Assembly: GCA_964016885.1 (NCBI GenBank)
Contig: OZ024740.1
Span: 318,804,001-318,868,000, forward strand
DNA: 64,000 nt
Reading direction: 5' to 3'
Source of the DNA: Eledone cirrhosa
Lineage: Eukaryota
In this document: in pieces, positions 46,400-61,700 of the stretch
How the letters are laid out: each line of letters opens with the position of its first letter
How positions within the stretch are numbered: the stretch's first letter is position 1
Notes under the pieces: generated by a model
Databases searched by the model: none
Told to the model about the DNA's origin: nothing
Seen by the model: the letters and a program-made list of their open reading frames with translations, nothing else
Program-made: the position numbers and the translations under genes

Positions 46400-49300
46400 A
46401 TCTGACATTCTAACGACTCTACCAATTCGAAGTCTTTCTACTAAAATACTAACTTTAAACAATCCAGGATTGTCTCCCCTATTTCCACAACTTACATTCT
46501 ATCTGACATTCTAACGACTCTACCAATTCGCTGTATTTCTACTACAATACTAACTTCAAATAATCCAGGATTGTATCGGCTATTTCCACAACTTACATTC
46601 TATCTGACATTCTAACGAATCTACCAATTCGCTGTCTTTCTACTACAATACTAACAACAAATAATCTAGGATTGTCTCGTCTATTTCCACAACTTAATTC
46701 TATCTGATATTCGAACGACTCTATCAATTCGAAGTCTATCTACTACAGTACTCACAACAAATAATCCAGGATTGTCACGTCTATTTCCACACCTTACCTT
46801 CTATCTGACATTCTAATGACTCTACCAATTCGCTGTCTTTCTACTACAATACTCACAACAAATAATCCATATTGTCTCGTCTATTTCCACAACTTACATT
46901 CTATCTGACATTCAAACGACTCTATCAATTCGAAGTCTTTCTACTACAATACTAACGTCAAATAATCCAGGATTGTCTCGTCTATTTCCACAACTTACTT
47001 TCTATCTGACATTCTAACGACTCTACCAATTCGCTGTATTTCTACTACAATACTCACAACAAATAATCCAGCATTGTCTCGTCTATTTCCACAACTCACA
47101 TTCTATCTGACATTCTAACGACTCTACCAATTCGAAGTCTTTCTACTACAATACTAACAACAAATAATCTAGGATTGTCTCGTCTATTTCCACAACTTAC
47201 ATTTTATCTGACATTCTAACGACTCTACCAATTCGAAGTCTTTCTACTGCAATACTCACAACAAATAATCCAGGATTGTCTCGTCTATTTCCACAACTTA
47301 CATTCTATCTGACATTCTAACGACTCTACCAATTCGAAGTTTTTCTACTACAATACTCACAAAAAATAATCAAGTATTGTATCGTCTATTTCCACAACTT
47401 ACATTCTATCTGACATTCTAACGACTCTACCAATTCGAAGTCTTTCTGCTACAATACTCACAACAAATAATCCAGGTTGCCTCGTTTATTTCCACACCTT
47501 ACATTCTATCTGACATTCTAACGACTCTACCAATTCGCTGTAATTCTACTACAATACTAACTTCAAATAATCCAGGATTGTCTCGTCTATTTCCACAACT
47601 TACATTATATCTCACATTCTAACGTGTCTACCAATTCGAAGTCTTTCTACTACAATACTAACTTTAAACAATCCAGGATTGTCTCCCCTATTTCCACAAC
47701 TTACATTCTATCTGACATTTTAACGACTCTACCAATTCGAAGTCTTTCTGCTACAATACTCACAACAAATAATCCAGGATTGTCTCGTCTATTTCCACAC
47801 CTTACATTCTATCTGACATTCTAACGACTCTACCAATTCGCTGTATTTCTACTATAATACTCACAACAAATAATCCAGCATTGTCTCGTCTATTTCCACA
47901 ACTCACATTATATCTGACATTCTAACGACTCTACCAATTCGAAGTCTTTCTACTACAATACTAACAACAAATAATCTAGGATTGTCTCGTCTATTTCCAC
48001 AATTTACATTTTATCTGACATTCTAACGACTCTACCAATTCGAAGTCTTTCTACTACAATACTCACAACAAATAATCAAGGATTGTATCGTCTATTTCCA
48101 CAACTTACATTCTATCTGACATTCTAACGACTCTACCAATTCGAAGTCTTTCTACTACAATACTAACTTTAAACAATCCAGGATTGTCTCCCCTATTTCC
48201 ACAACTTACATTCTATCTGACATTCTAACGACTCTACCAATTCGCTGTATTTCTACTACAATACTAACTTGAAATAATCCAGGATTGTATCGGCTATTTC
48301 CACAACTTACATTCTATCTGACATTCTAACGACTCTACCAATTCGCTGTCTTTCTACTACAATACTAACAACAAATAATCTAGGATTGTCTCGTCTATTT
48401 CCACAACTTACATTCTATCTGATATTCGAACGACTCTATCAATTCGAAGTCTATCTACTACAGTACTCACAACAAATAATCCAGGATTGTCACGTCTATT
48501 TCCACACCTTACATTCTATCTGACATTCTAAAGACTCTACCCATACGCTGTATTTCTACTACAATACTAACTTCAAATAATCCAGGATTGTCTCGTCTAC
48601 TTCCACAACTTACATTGTATCTGATATTCTAACGACTCTACCAATTCGAAGTCTTTCTACTACAATACTCACAACAAATAATCCAGGATTGTCTCGTCTA
48701 TTTCCACAACTTACCTTCTATCTGACATTCTAATGACTCTACCAATTCGCTGTCTTTCTACTACAATACTCACAACAAATAATCCATATTGTCACGTCTA
48801 TTTCCACAACTTACATTCTATCTGACATTCAAACGACTCTATCAATTCGAAGTCTTTCTACTACAATACTAACGTCAAATAATCCAGGATTGTCTCGTCT
48901 ATTTCCACAACTTACTTTCTATCTGACATTCTAACGACTCTACCAATTCGCTGTATTTCTACTACAATACTCACAACAAATAATCCAGCATTGTCTCGTC
49001 TATTTCCACAACTCACATTCTATCTGACATTCTAACGACTCTACCAATTCGAAGTCTTTCTACTACAATACTAACAACAAATAATCTAGGATTGTCTCGT
49101 CTATTTCCACAATTTACATTTTATCTGACATTCTAACGACTCTACCAATTCGAAGTCTTTCTACTGCAATACTCACAACAAATAATCCAGGATTGTCTCG
49201 TCTATTTCCACAACTTACATTCTATCTGACATTCTAACGACTCTACCAATTCGAAGTTTTTCTACTACAATACTCACAAAAAATAATCAAGTATTGTATC

Positions 49301-49520
49301 GTCTATTTCCACAACTTACATTCTATCTGACATTCTAACGACTCTACCAATTCGAAGTCTTTCTGCTACAATACTCACAACAAATAATCCAGGTTGCCTC
49401 GTTTATTTCCACACCTTACATTCTATCTGACATTCTAACGACTCTACCAATTCGCTGTAATTCTACTACAATACTAACTTCAAATAATCCAGGATTGTCT
49501 CGTCTATTTCCACAACTTAC
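46400..49520. repeat. Imperfect block duplication; offset about 19 monomers in its distal part
   Basis: CAAGTATTGTATCG at 47371 and 49288 (offset 1917 = 19x101 - 2). Both copies share GTCACGTC, CTACTGCAAT and CCAGGTTGCC variants in the same order. Confidence 0.8.
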
Positions 49521-51121
49521 ATTCTATCTGATATTCTAACGACTCTACCAATTCGAAGTCTTTCTACTACAATACTCACAACAAATAATCCAGGATTGTC
49601 TCGTCTATTTCCACAACTTACATTCTATCTGACATTCTAACGACTCTACCAATTCGCTGTATTTCTACTACAATACTCACAACAAATAAACCAAGATTGT
49701 CTCGTCTATTTCCACAACTTACATTCTATCAGACATACTAACGACTCTACCAATTCGAAGTCTTTCTACTACAATACTAACTTTAAACAATCCAGGATTG
49801 TCTCCCCTATTTCCACAACTTACATTCTATCTGACATTCTAACGACTCTACCAATTCGCTGTATTTCTACTACAATACTAACTTCAAATAATCCAGGATT
49901 GTATCAGCTATTTCCACAACTTACATTCTATCTGACATTCTAACGACTCTACCAATTCGCTGTCTTTCTACTACAATACTAACAACAAATAATCTAGGAT
50001 TGTCCCGTCTATTTCCACAACTTACATTCTATCTGATATTCTAACGACTCTACCAATTCGAAGTCTTTCTACTACAATACTCACAACAAATAATCCAGGA
50101 TTGTCTCGTCTATTTCCACAACTTACATTCTATCTCACATTCTAAACTGTCTACCGATTCGCTGTATTTCTACTACAATACTCTCAACAAATAAACCAGG
50201 ATTGTCTCGTCTATTTCCACAACTTACATTCTATCTGACATACTAACGACTCTACCAATTCGAAGTATTTCTACTACAATACTAACTTTATACAATCCAG
50301 GATTGTCTCCTCTATTTCCACAACTTACATTCTATCTGACATTGAAACGATTCTACCAATTCGCTGTATTTCTACTACAATACTCACAAAAAATAATCCA
50401 GGAATGTATCGTCTATTTCCACAACTTAAATTCTATCTAACATTCTAACGACTCTACCAATTCGTTGTCTTTCTACTACAATGCTCATAACAAATAATCC
50501 AGGAGTGTCTCGTCTATTTCCACAACTTTCATTCTATCTGACATTCTAACGACTCTACCAATTCGAAATCTTTCTACTACAATACTAACGTCAAATAATC
50601 CAGGATTGTCTCCTTTATTTCCACAACTTACATTCTATCTGACATTCTAACGACTCTACCGATTCTAAGTCTTTCTACTACAATACTAACAACAAATAAT
50701 CCAGGATTGTCTCGTCCATTTCCACAACTTACATTCTATCTGACATTCTAACGACTCTACCAATTCGCTGTATTTCTACTACAATACTCACAACAAATAA
50801 TCCAGCATTGTCTCGTCTATTTCCACAACTCACGTTCTATCTGACATTCTAACGACTCTACCAATTCGAAGTCTTTCTACTACAATACTCACAACAAATA
50901 ATCCAGGATTGTTTCGTCTATTTCCACAACATACATGCTATCTGACATTCAAACGACTCTACCAATTCGAAGTCTTTCTACTACAATACTAACAACAAAT
51001 AATCTAGGATTGTCTCGTCTATTTCCACAACTTACATTCTATCTGACAGTCTAACGACTCTACCAATTCGAAGTCTTTCTACTACAATACTAACTTTAAA
51101 TAATCCAGGATTGTCTCCTCT

Positions 51122-54100
51122 ATTTCCACAACTTACATTCTATCTGACATTCAAACGACTCTACCAATTCGATGTCTTTCTACTACAATACTCACAACAA
51201 ATAATCCAGTATTCTCTCGTCTATCTCCACACCTTACATTCTATCTGACATTCTAACGACTCTACCAATTCGCTGTATTTCTACTACAATATTAACTTCA
51301 AATAATCCAGGATTGTCTCGTCTATTTCCACAACTTACATTCTATCTGATATTCTAGCGACTCTACCAATTTGAAGTCTTTCTACTACAATACTAACGTC
51401 AAATAATCCAGGATTGTCTCGTCTATTTCCACAAATTACATTCTATCTGACATTCTAACGACTCTACCGATTCTAAGTCTTTCTACTACAATACTAACAA
51501 CAAATAATCCAGGAATGTATCGTCTATTTCCACAACTTACATTCTATCTGACATTCTAATGACTCTACCAATTCGCTGTATTTCTACTACAATACTCACA
51601 ACAAATAATCCAGGATTGTCTCGTCTATTTCCACAACTTAAATTCTATCTGACATTCTAACGACTCTACCAATTCGCTGTCTTTCTACTACAATGCTCAC
51701 AACAAATAATCCAGGAGTGTCTCGTCTATTTCCACAACTTTCATTCTATCTGACATTCTAACGACTCTACCAATTCGAAATCTTTCTACTACAATACTAA
51801 CGTCAAATAATCCAGGATTGTCTCGTCTATTTCCACAACTTACATTCTATCTGACATTCTAACGACTCTACCGATTCTAAGTCTTTCTACTACAATACTA
51901 ACAACAAATAATCTAGGATTGTCTCGTCTATTTCCACAACATACATTCTATCTGACATTCTAACGACTCTACCAATTCGCTGTATTTCTACTACAATACT
52001 CACAACAAATAATCCAGCATTGTTTCGTCTATTTCCACAACATACATGCTATCTGACATTCAAACGACTCTACCAATTCGAAGTCTTTCTACTACAATAC
52101 TAACAACAAATAATCTAGGATTGTCTCGTCTATTTCCACTACCTACATTCTATCTGACAGTCTAACGACTCTACCAATTCGAAGTCTTTCTACTACAATA
52201 CTAACTTTAAATAATCCAGGATTGTCTCCTCTATTTCCACAACTTACATTCTATCTGACATACTAACGACTCTACCAATTCGCTGTATTTCTACTACAAT
52301 ACTAACTTCAAATAATCCAGGATTGTCTCGTCTATTTCCACAACTTACATTCTATCTGATATTCTAGCGACTCTACCAATTTGAAGTCTTTCTACTACAA
52401 TACTAACAACAAATAATCCAGGATTGTCTCGTCTATTTCCACAACTTACGTTCTATCTGACATTCTAACGACTCTACCAATTCGAAGTCTTTCTACAACA
52501 ATACTCACAACAAATAATCCAGGATTGTCTCGTCTATTTCCACAACTTACATTCTATCTGACATACTAACGACTCTACCAATTCGAAGTCTTTCTACTAC
52601 AATACTACCTTTAAACAATCAAGGATTGTCTCCTCTATTTCCACAACTTACATTCTATCTGACATTCTAACGACTCTACCAATTCGATGTGTTTCTACTA
52701 CAATACTCACAACAAATAATCCAGGATTGTATCGTCTATTTCCACAACTTACATTCTATCTGACATTCTAACGACTCTACCAATTCGAAGTCTTTCTACT
52801 ACAATACTAACGTCAAATAATCCAGGATTGTCTCGTCCATTTCCACAACTTACATTCTATCTGACATTCAAACGACTCTACCAATTCGATGTCTTTCTAC
52901 TACAATACTCACAACAAATAATCCAGTATTCTCTCGTCTATCTCCACACCTTACATTCTATCTGACATTCTAACGACTCTACCAATTCGCTGTATTTCTA
53001 CTACAATATTAACTTCAAATAATCCAGGATTGTCTCGTCTATTTCCACAACTTACATTCTATCTGATATTCTAGCGACTCTACCAATTTGAAGTCTTTCT
53101 ACTACAATACTAACGTCAAATAATCCAGGATTGTCTCGTCTATTTCCACAAATTACATTCTATCTGACATTCTAACGACTCTACCGATTCTAAGTCTTTC
53201 TACTACAATACTAACAACAAATAATCCAGGAATGTATCGTCTATTTCCACAACTTACATTCTATCTGACATTCTAACGACTCTACCAATTCGCTGTATTT
53301 CTACTACAATACTCACAACAAATAATCCAGGATTGTCTCGTCTATTTCCACAACTTAAATTCTATCTGACATTCTAACGACTCTACCAATTCGCTGTCTT
53401 TCTACTACAATGCTCACAACAAATAATCCAGGAGTGTCTCGTCTATTTCCACAACTTTCATTCTATCTGACATTCTAACGACTCTACCAATTCGAAATCT
53501 TTCTACTACAATACTAACGTCAAATAATCCAGGATTGTCTCGTCTATTTCCACAACTTACATTCTATCTGACATTCTAACGACTCTACCGATTCTAAGTC
53601 TTTCTACTACAATACTAACAACAAATAATCTAGGATTGTCTCGTCTATTTCCACAACATACATTCTATCTGACATTCTAACGACTCTACCAATTCGCTGT
53701 ATTTCTACTACAATACTCACAACAAATAATCCAGCATTGTTTCGTCTATTTCCACAACATACATGCTATCTGACATTCAAACGACTCTACCAATTCGAAG
53801 TCTTTCTACTACAATACTAACAACAAATAATCTAGGATTGTCTCGTCTATTTCCACTACCTACATTCTATCTGACAGTCTAACGACTCTACCAATTCGAA
53901 GTCTTTCTACTACAATACTAACTTTAAATAATCCAGGATTGTCTCCTCTATTTCCACAACTTACATTCTATCTGACATACTAACGACTCTACCAATTCGC
54001 TGTATTTCTACTACAATACTAACTTCAAATAATCCAGGATTGTCTCGTCTATTTCCACAACTTACATTCTATCTGATATTCTAGCGACTCTACCAATTTG

Positions 54101-54586
54101 AAGTCTTTCTACTACAATACTAACAACAAATAATCCAGGATTGTCTCGTCTATTTCCACAACTTACGTTCTATCTGACATTCTAACGACTCTACCAATTC
54201 GAAGTCTTTCTACAACAATACTCACAACAAATAATCCAGGATTGTCTCGTCTATTTCCACAACTTACATTCTATCTGACATACTAACGACTCTACCAATT
54301 CGAAGTCTTTCTACTACAATACTACCTTTAAACAATCAAGGATTGTCTCCTCTATTTCCACAACTTACATTCTATCTGACATTCTAACGACTCTACCAAT
54401 TCGATGTGTTTCTACTACAATACTCACAACAAATAATCCAGGATTGTATCGTCTATTTCCACAACTTACATTCTATCTGACATTCTAACGACTCTACCAA
54501 TTCGAAGTCTTTCTACTACAATACTAACGTCAAATAATCCAGGATTGTCTCGTCCATTTCCACAACTTACATTCTATCTGACATTC
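51122..54586. repeat. Near-perfect tandem duplication of a 17-monomer unit (1717 bp)
   Basis: CCAGTATTCTCTCG at 51206 and 52923 (offset exactly 17x101). CCACTACCTAC and TACTACCTTTAAACAATCAAGG occur once per copy. Confidence 0.93.
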
Positions 54587-55740
54587 TAACGACTGTACCA
54601 ATTCGAAGTCTTTCTACTACAATACTAACAACAAATAATCTAGGATTGTCTCGTCTATTTCCACAACATACATTCTATCTGAAATTCTAACGACTCTACC
54701 AATTCGAAGTCTTTCTACTACAATACTAATTTTAATTATCCAGGATTGTCTCGTCCATTTCCACAACTTACATTCTATCTGACATTCTAACGACTGTACC
54801 AATTCGCTGTATTTCTACTACAATACTCACAACGAATAATCCAGGATTGTCTCGTCTATTTCCACAACATACATTCTATCTGATATTCTAACGACTCTAC
54901 CAATTCGAAGTCTTTCTGCTACAATACTCACAACAAATAATCCAGGTTGCCTCGTTTATTTCCACACCTTACATTCTATCTGACATTCTAACGACTCTAA
55001 CAATTCGCTGTAATTCTACTACAATACTAACTTCAAATAATCCAGGATTGTCTCCTCTATTTCCACAACTTACATTCTATCTGATATTCTAACGACTCTA
55101 CCAATTCGAAGTCTTTCTACTACAATACTCACAACAAATAATCCAGGATTGTCTCGTCTATTTCCACAACTTACATTCTAGCTGACATTCTAACGACTCT
55201 ACCAACTCCAAGTCTTTCTACTACAATACTAACTTCAAATAATCCAGGATTGTCTCGTCTATTTCCACAACTTACATTCTATCTGATATTCTAAGGACTC
55301 TACCAATTCGATGTCTTTCTACTACAATACTCACAACAAATAATCCAGGATTGTCTCGTCTATTTCCACAACTTACATTCTATCTCACATTCTAACGTGT
55401 CTACCAATTCGCTGTCTTTATACTACAATACTCACAACAAATAATCCATATTGTCTTGTCTATTTCCACAACTTACTTTCTATCTGACATTCTAACGACT
55501 CTACCAATTCGAAGTCTTTCTACTACAATACTCACAACAAATAATCCAGGATTGTCTCGTCTATTTCCACAACTTACATTCTATCTGACATTCTAACGAC
55601 TCTACCAATTCGAAGTTTTTCTACTACAATACTCACAACAAATAATCAAGGATTGTATCGTCTATTTCCACAACTTACATTCTATCTGACATTCTAACGA
55701 CTCTACCCATTCGCTGTATTTCTACTACAATACTAACTTC

Positions 55741-58700
55741 AAATAATCCAGGATTGTCTCCTCTATTTCCACAACTTACATTCTATCTCACATTCTAACG
55801 AGTCTACCAATCCGAAGTCTTTCTACTACAATACTAACTTTAAACAATCCAGGATTGTCTCCCCTATTTCCACAACTTACATTCTATCTGACATTCTAAC
55901 GACTCGACCAATTCGCTGTATTTCTACTACAATACTAACTTCAAATAATCCAGTATTGTATCGACTATTTCCACAACTTACATTCTATCTGACATTCTAA
56001 CGACTCTACCAATTCGCTATCTTTCTACTACAATACTAACAACACATAATCTAGGATTGTCTCGTCTATTTCCACAACTTACATTCTATCTGATATTCGA
56101 ACGACTCTACCAATTCGAAGTCTTTCTACTACAATACTAACAACAAATAATCTAGGATTGTCTCGTCTATTTCCACAACTTACGTTCTATCTGACATTCT
56201 AACGACTCTAACAATTCGAAGTCTTTCTACTACAATACTCACAACAAACAATCCAGGATTGTCTCATCTATTTCCACAACTTACATTCTATCTGACATTC
56301 AAACGACTCTACCAATTCGAAGTCTTTCTACTACAATACTAACGTCAAATAATCCAGGATTGTCTCCTCTATTTCCACAACTTACATTCTATCTGACATT
56401 CTAACGACTCTACCAATTCGATGTCTTTCTACTACAATACTCACAACAAATAATGCAGGATTGCATCGTCTATTTGTACAACTTACATTCTATCTGACAT
56501 TCTAACGACTCTACCAATTCGAAGTCTTTCTGCTACAATACTCACAACAAATAATCCAGGTTGCCTCGTTTATTTCCACACCTTACATTCTATCTGACAT
56601 TCTAACGACTCTACCAATTCGCTGTACTTCTACTACAATACTAACTTCAAATAATCCAGGATTGTCTCGTCTATTTCCACAACTTACATTCTATCTGGTA
56701 TTCTAACGACTCTACCAATTCGAAGTCTTTCTACTACAATACTCACAACAAATAATCCCGGATTGTCTCGTCTATTTCCACAACTTACATTCTATCTCAC
56801 ATTCTAACGTGTCTACCAATTCGAAGTCTTTCTACTACAATACTAACTTTATACAATCCAGCATTGTCTCCTCTATTTCCACAACTTACATTCTATCTGA
56901 CATTGAAACGATTCTACCAATTCGATGTCTTTGTACTACAATACTCACAAAAACAAATCCAGGAATGTATCGTCTATTTCCACAACTTAAATTCTATCTG
57001 ACATTCTAACGACTCTACCAATTCGTTGTCTTTCTACTACAATGCTCACAACAAATAATCCAGGAGTGTCTCGTCTATTTCCACAACTTTCATTCTATCT
57101 GACATTCTAACGACTCTACCAATTCGAAATCTTTCTACTACAATACTAACGTCAAATAATCCAGGATTGTCTCGTCTATTTCCACAACTTACATTCTATC
57201 TGACATTCTAACGACTCTACCGATTCTAAGTCTTTCTACTACAATACTAACAACAAATAATCCAGGATTGTCTCGTCCATTTCCACAACTTACATTCTAT
57301 CTGACATTCTAACGACTCTACCAATTCGCTGTATTTCTACTACAATACTCACAACAAATAATCCAGCATTGTCTCGTCTATTTCCACAACTCACGTTCTA
57401 TCTGACATTCTAACGACTCTACCAATTCGCTGTATTTCTACTACAATACTCACAACAAATAATCCAGGATTGTTTCGTCTATTTCCACAACATACATGCT
57501 ATCTGACATTCAAACGACTCTACCAATTCGAAGTTTTTCTACTACAATACTAACAACAAATAATCTAGGATTGTCTCGTCTATTTCCACAACTTACATTC
57601 TATCTGACAGTCTAACGACTCTACCAATTCGAAGTCTTTCTACTACAATACTAACTTTAAATAATCCAGGATTGTCTCTTCTATTTCCACAACTTACATT
57701 CTATCTGACATTCAAACGACTCTACCAATTCGATGTCTTTCTACTACAATACTCACAACAAATAATCCAGGATTCTCTCCTCTATCTCCACACCTTACAT
57801 TCTATCTGACATTCCAACGACTCTACCAATTCGCTGTATTTCTACTACAATATTAACTTCAAATAATCCAGGATTGTCTCGTCCATTTCCACAACTTACA
57901 TTCTATCTGATATTCTAGCGACTCTACCAATTTGAAGTCTTTCTACTACAATACTAACGGCAAATAATCCAGGATTGTCTCGTCTATTTCCACAACTTAC
58001 ATTCTATCTGACATTCTAACGACTCTACCAATTCGCTGTATTTCTACTACAATACTCACAACAAATAATCCAGCATTGTCTCGTCTATTTCCACAACTCA
58101 CGTTCTATCTGACATTCTAACAACTCTACCATTTCGAAGTCTTTCTACTACAATACTCACAAAAAATAATCCAGGAATGTATCGTCTATTTCCACAACTT
58201 ACATTCTATCTGACATTCTAACGACTCTACCAATTCGCTGTATTTCTACTACAATACTCACAACAAATAATCCAGGATTGTCTCGTCTATTTCCACAACT
58301 TAAATTCTATCTGACATTCTAACGACTCTACCAATTCGCTGTCTTTCTACTAAAATGCTCACAACAAATAATCCAGGAGTGTCTCGTCTATTTCCACAAC
58401 TTTCATTCTATCTGACATTCTAACGACTCTACCAATTCGAAGTCTTTATACTACAATACTAACTTCAAATAATCCAGAATTGTCTCGTCTATTTCCACAA
58501 CTTACATTCTATCTGACATTCTAACGACTCTACCAATTCGAAGTCTTTCTACTACATTACTAACTTTAAATAATCCAGGATTGTCTCGTCTATTTCCACA
58601 ACTTACATTCTATATGACATTCTAACGACTCTCCCAATTCGCTGTCTTTCTACTACAATACTCACAACAAATAATCCAGGATTGTCTCGTCTATTTCCAC

Positions 58701-61700
58701 AACATACATTCTATCTGACATTCTAACGACTCTACCAATTCGCTGTATTTCTACTACAATACTCACAACAAATAATCCAGGATTGTCTCGTCTATTTCCA
58801 CAACTTACATTCTATCTGACATTCTAACGACTCTACCAATTCGAAGTCTTTATACTACAATACTAACTTCAAATAATCCAGAATTGTCTCGTCTATTTCC
58901 ACAACTTACATTCTATCTGACATTCTAACGACTCTACCAATTCGAACTCTTTCTACTACATTAATAACTTTAAATAATCCAGGATTGTCTCGTCTATTTC
59001 CACAACTTACATTCTATCTGACATTCTAACGACTCTACCAATTCGCTGTATTTCTACTACAATACTACCAAAAATAATCTAGGATTGTCTCGTCTAATTC
59101 CACAACTTACATTTTATCTGACATTCTAACGACTCTACCAATTTGCTGTCTTTCTACTACAATACTCACAACAAATAATCCAGGATTGTCTCGTCTTTTT
59201 CCACAACTTACGTTCTATCTGACATTCTAACGACTCTACCAATTCGAAGTCTTTCTACTACAATACTAACTTCAAATAATCCAGGATTGTCTCGTCTATT
59301 TTCACAACTTACATTCTATATGACATTCTAACGACTCTACCAATTCGAAGTCTTTCTACTACAATACTCACAAGAAATAATCCAGGATTGTCTCGTCTAT
59401 TTCCACAACTTACATTCTATCTGACATTCTAACGACTCTACCAATTCGCTGTATTTCTACTACAGTACTCACAACAAATAATCCAGCATTGTCTCGTTTA
59501 TTTCCACAACTCACATTCTATCTGACATTCTAACGACTCTACCAATTCGAAGTCTTTCTACTACAATACTCACAACAAATAATCCAGGAATGTCTCGTCT
59601 ATTTCCACGACTTACATTCTATCTGACATTCAAACGACTCTATCAATTGGAAGTCTTTCTACTACAATACTAACTTCAAATAATCCAGGATTGTCTCGTC
59701 TATTTCCACAACTTACATTCGATCTGACATTCTAACGACTCTACCAATTCGAAGTCTTTCTAATACAATACTAACAAAAATAATCCAGGATTGTCTCCTC
59801 TATTTCCACAACTTACATTCTATCTCACATTCTATCGAGTCTACCAATCCGAAGTCTTTCTACTACAATACTAACTTTAAACAATCCAGGATTGTCTCCC
59901 CTATTTCCACAACTTACATTCTATCTGACATTCTAACGACTCGACCAATTCGCTGTATTTCTACTACATTACTAACTTCAAATAATCCAGGATTGTATCG
60001 ACTATTTCCACAACTTACATTCTATCTGACATTCTAACGACTCTACCAATTCGCTATCTTTCTACTACAATACTAACAACACATAATCTAGGATTGTCTC
60101 GTCTATTTCCACAACTTACATTCTATCTGATATTCGAACGACTCTACCAATTCGAAGTCTTTCTACTACAATACTAACAACAAATAATCTAGGATTGTCT
60201 CGTCTATTTCCACAACTTACGTTCTATCTGACATTCTAACGACTCTAACAATTCGAAGTCTTTCTACTACAATACTCACAACAAACAATCCAGGATTGTC
60301 TCATCTATTTCCACAACTTACATTCTATCTGACATTCAAACGACTCTACCAATTCGAAGTCTTTCTACTACAATACTAACGTCAAATAATCCAGGATTGT
60401 CTCGTCTATTTCCACAACTTACATTCTATCTGACATTCTAACGACTCTACCGATTCTAAGTCTTTCTACTACAATACTAACAACAAATAATCCAGGATTG
60501 TCTCGTCTATTTCCACAACTTACATTCTATCTGACATTCTAACGACTCTACCAATTCGCTGTATTTCTACTACAATACTCACAACAAATAATCCAGCATT
60601 GTCTCGTCTATTTCCACAACTCACGTTCTATCTGACATTCTAACGACTCTACCAATTCGCTGTATTTCTACTACAATACTCACAACAAATAATCCAGGAT
60701 TGTTTCGTCTATTTCCACAACATACATGCTATCTGACATTCAAACGACTCTACCAATTCGAAGTTTTTCTACTACAATACTAACAACAAATAATCTAGGA
60801 TTGTCTCGTCTATTTCCACAACTTACATTCTATCTGACAGTCTAACGACTCTACCAATTCGATGTCTTTCTACTACAATACTAACTTTAAATAATCCAGG
60901 ATTGTCTCTTCTATTTCCACAACTTACATTCTATCTGACATTCAAACGACTCTACCAATTCGATGTCTTTCTACTACAATACTCACAACAAATAATCCAG
61001 GATTCTCTTCTCTATCTCCACACCTTACATTCTATCTGACATTCCAACGACTCTACCAATTCGCTGTATTTCTACTACAATATTAACTTCAAATAATCCA
61101 GGATTGTCTCGTCCATTTCCACAACTTACATTCTATCTGATATTCTAGCGACTCTACCAATTTGAAGTCTTTCTACTACAATACTAACGGCAAATAATCC
61201 AGGATTGTCTCGTCTATTTCCACAACTTACATTCTATCTGACATTCTAACGACTCTACCAATTCGCTGTATTTCTACTACAATACTCACTACAAATAATC
61301 CAGCATTGTCTCGTCTATTTCCACAACTCACGTTCTATCTGACATTCTAACAACTCTACCATTTCGAAGTCTTTCTACTACAATACTCACAAAAAATAAT
61401 CCAGGAATGTATCGTCTATTTCCACAACTTACATTCTATCTGACATTCTAACGACTCTACCAATTCGCTGTATTTCTACTACAATACTCACAACAAATAA
61501 TCCAGGATTGTCTCGTCTATTTCCACAACTTAAATTCTATCTGACATTCTAACGACTCTACCAATTCGCTGTCTTTCTACTAAAATGCTCACAACAAATA
61601 ATCCAGGAGTGTCTCGTCTATTTCCACAACTTTCATTCTATCTGACATTCTAACGACTCTACCAATTCGAAGTCTTTATACTACAATACTAACTTCAAAT

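Noticed and set aside
2574-57009. All 12 ORFs in the track (61-84 aa), including the triplicated MSHSNVSTNSK ORF and the minus-strand ORF at 54617-54802
   Set aside because: They are translations of the satellite. The consensus has + strand stops in all three frames (TAA at pos. 4, TGA at 48, TAA at 56), and 101 is not a multiple of 3. Longer ORFs appear only where variants remove a stop, and identical ORFs simply mark block duplications. No domain is recognisable.
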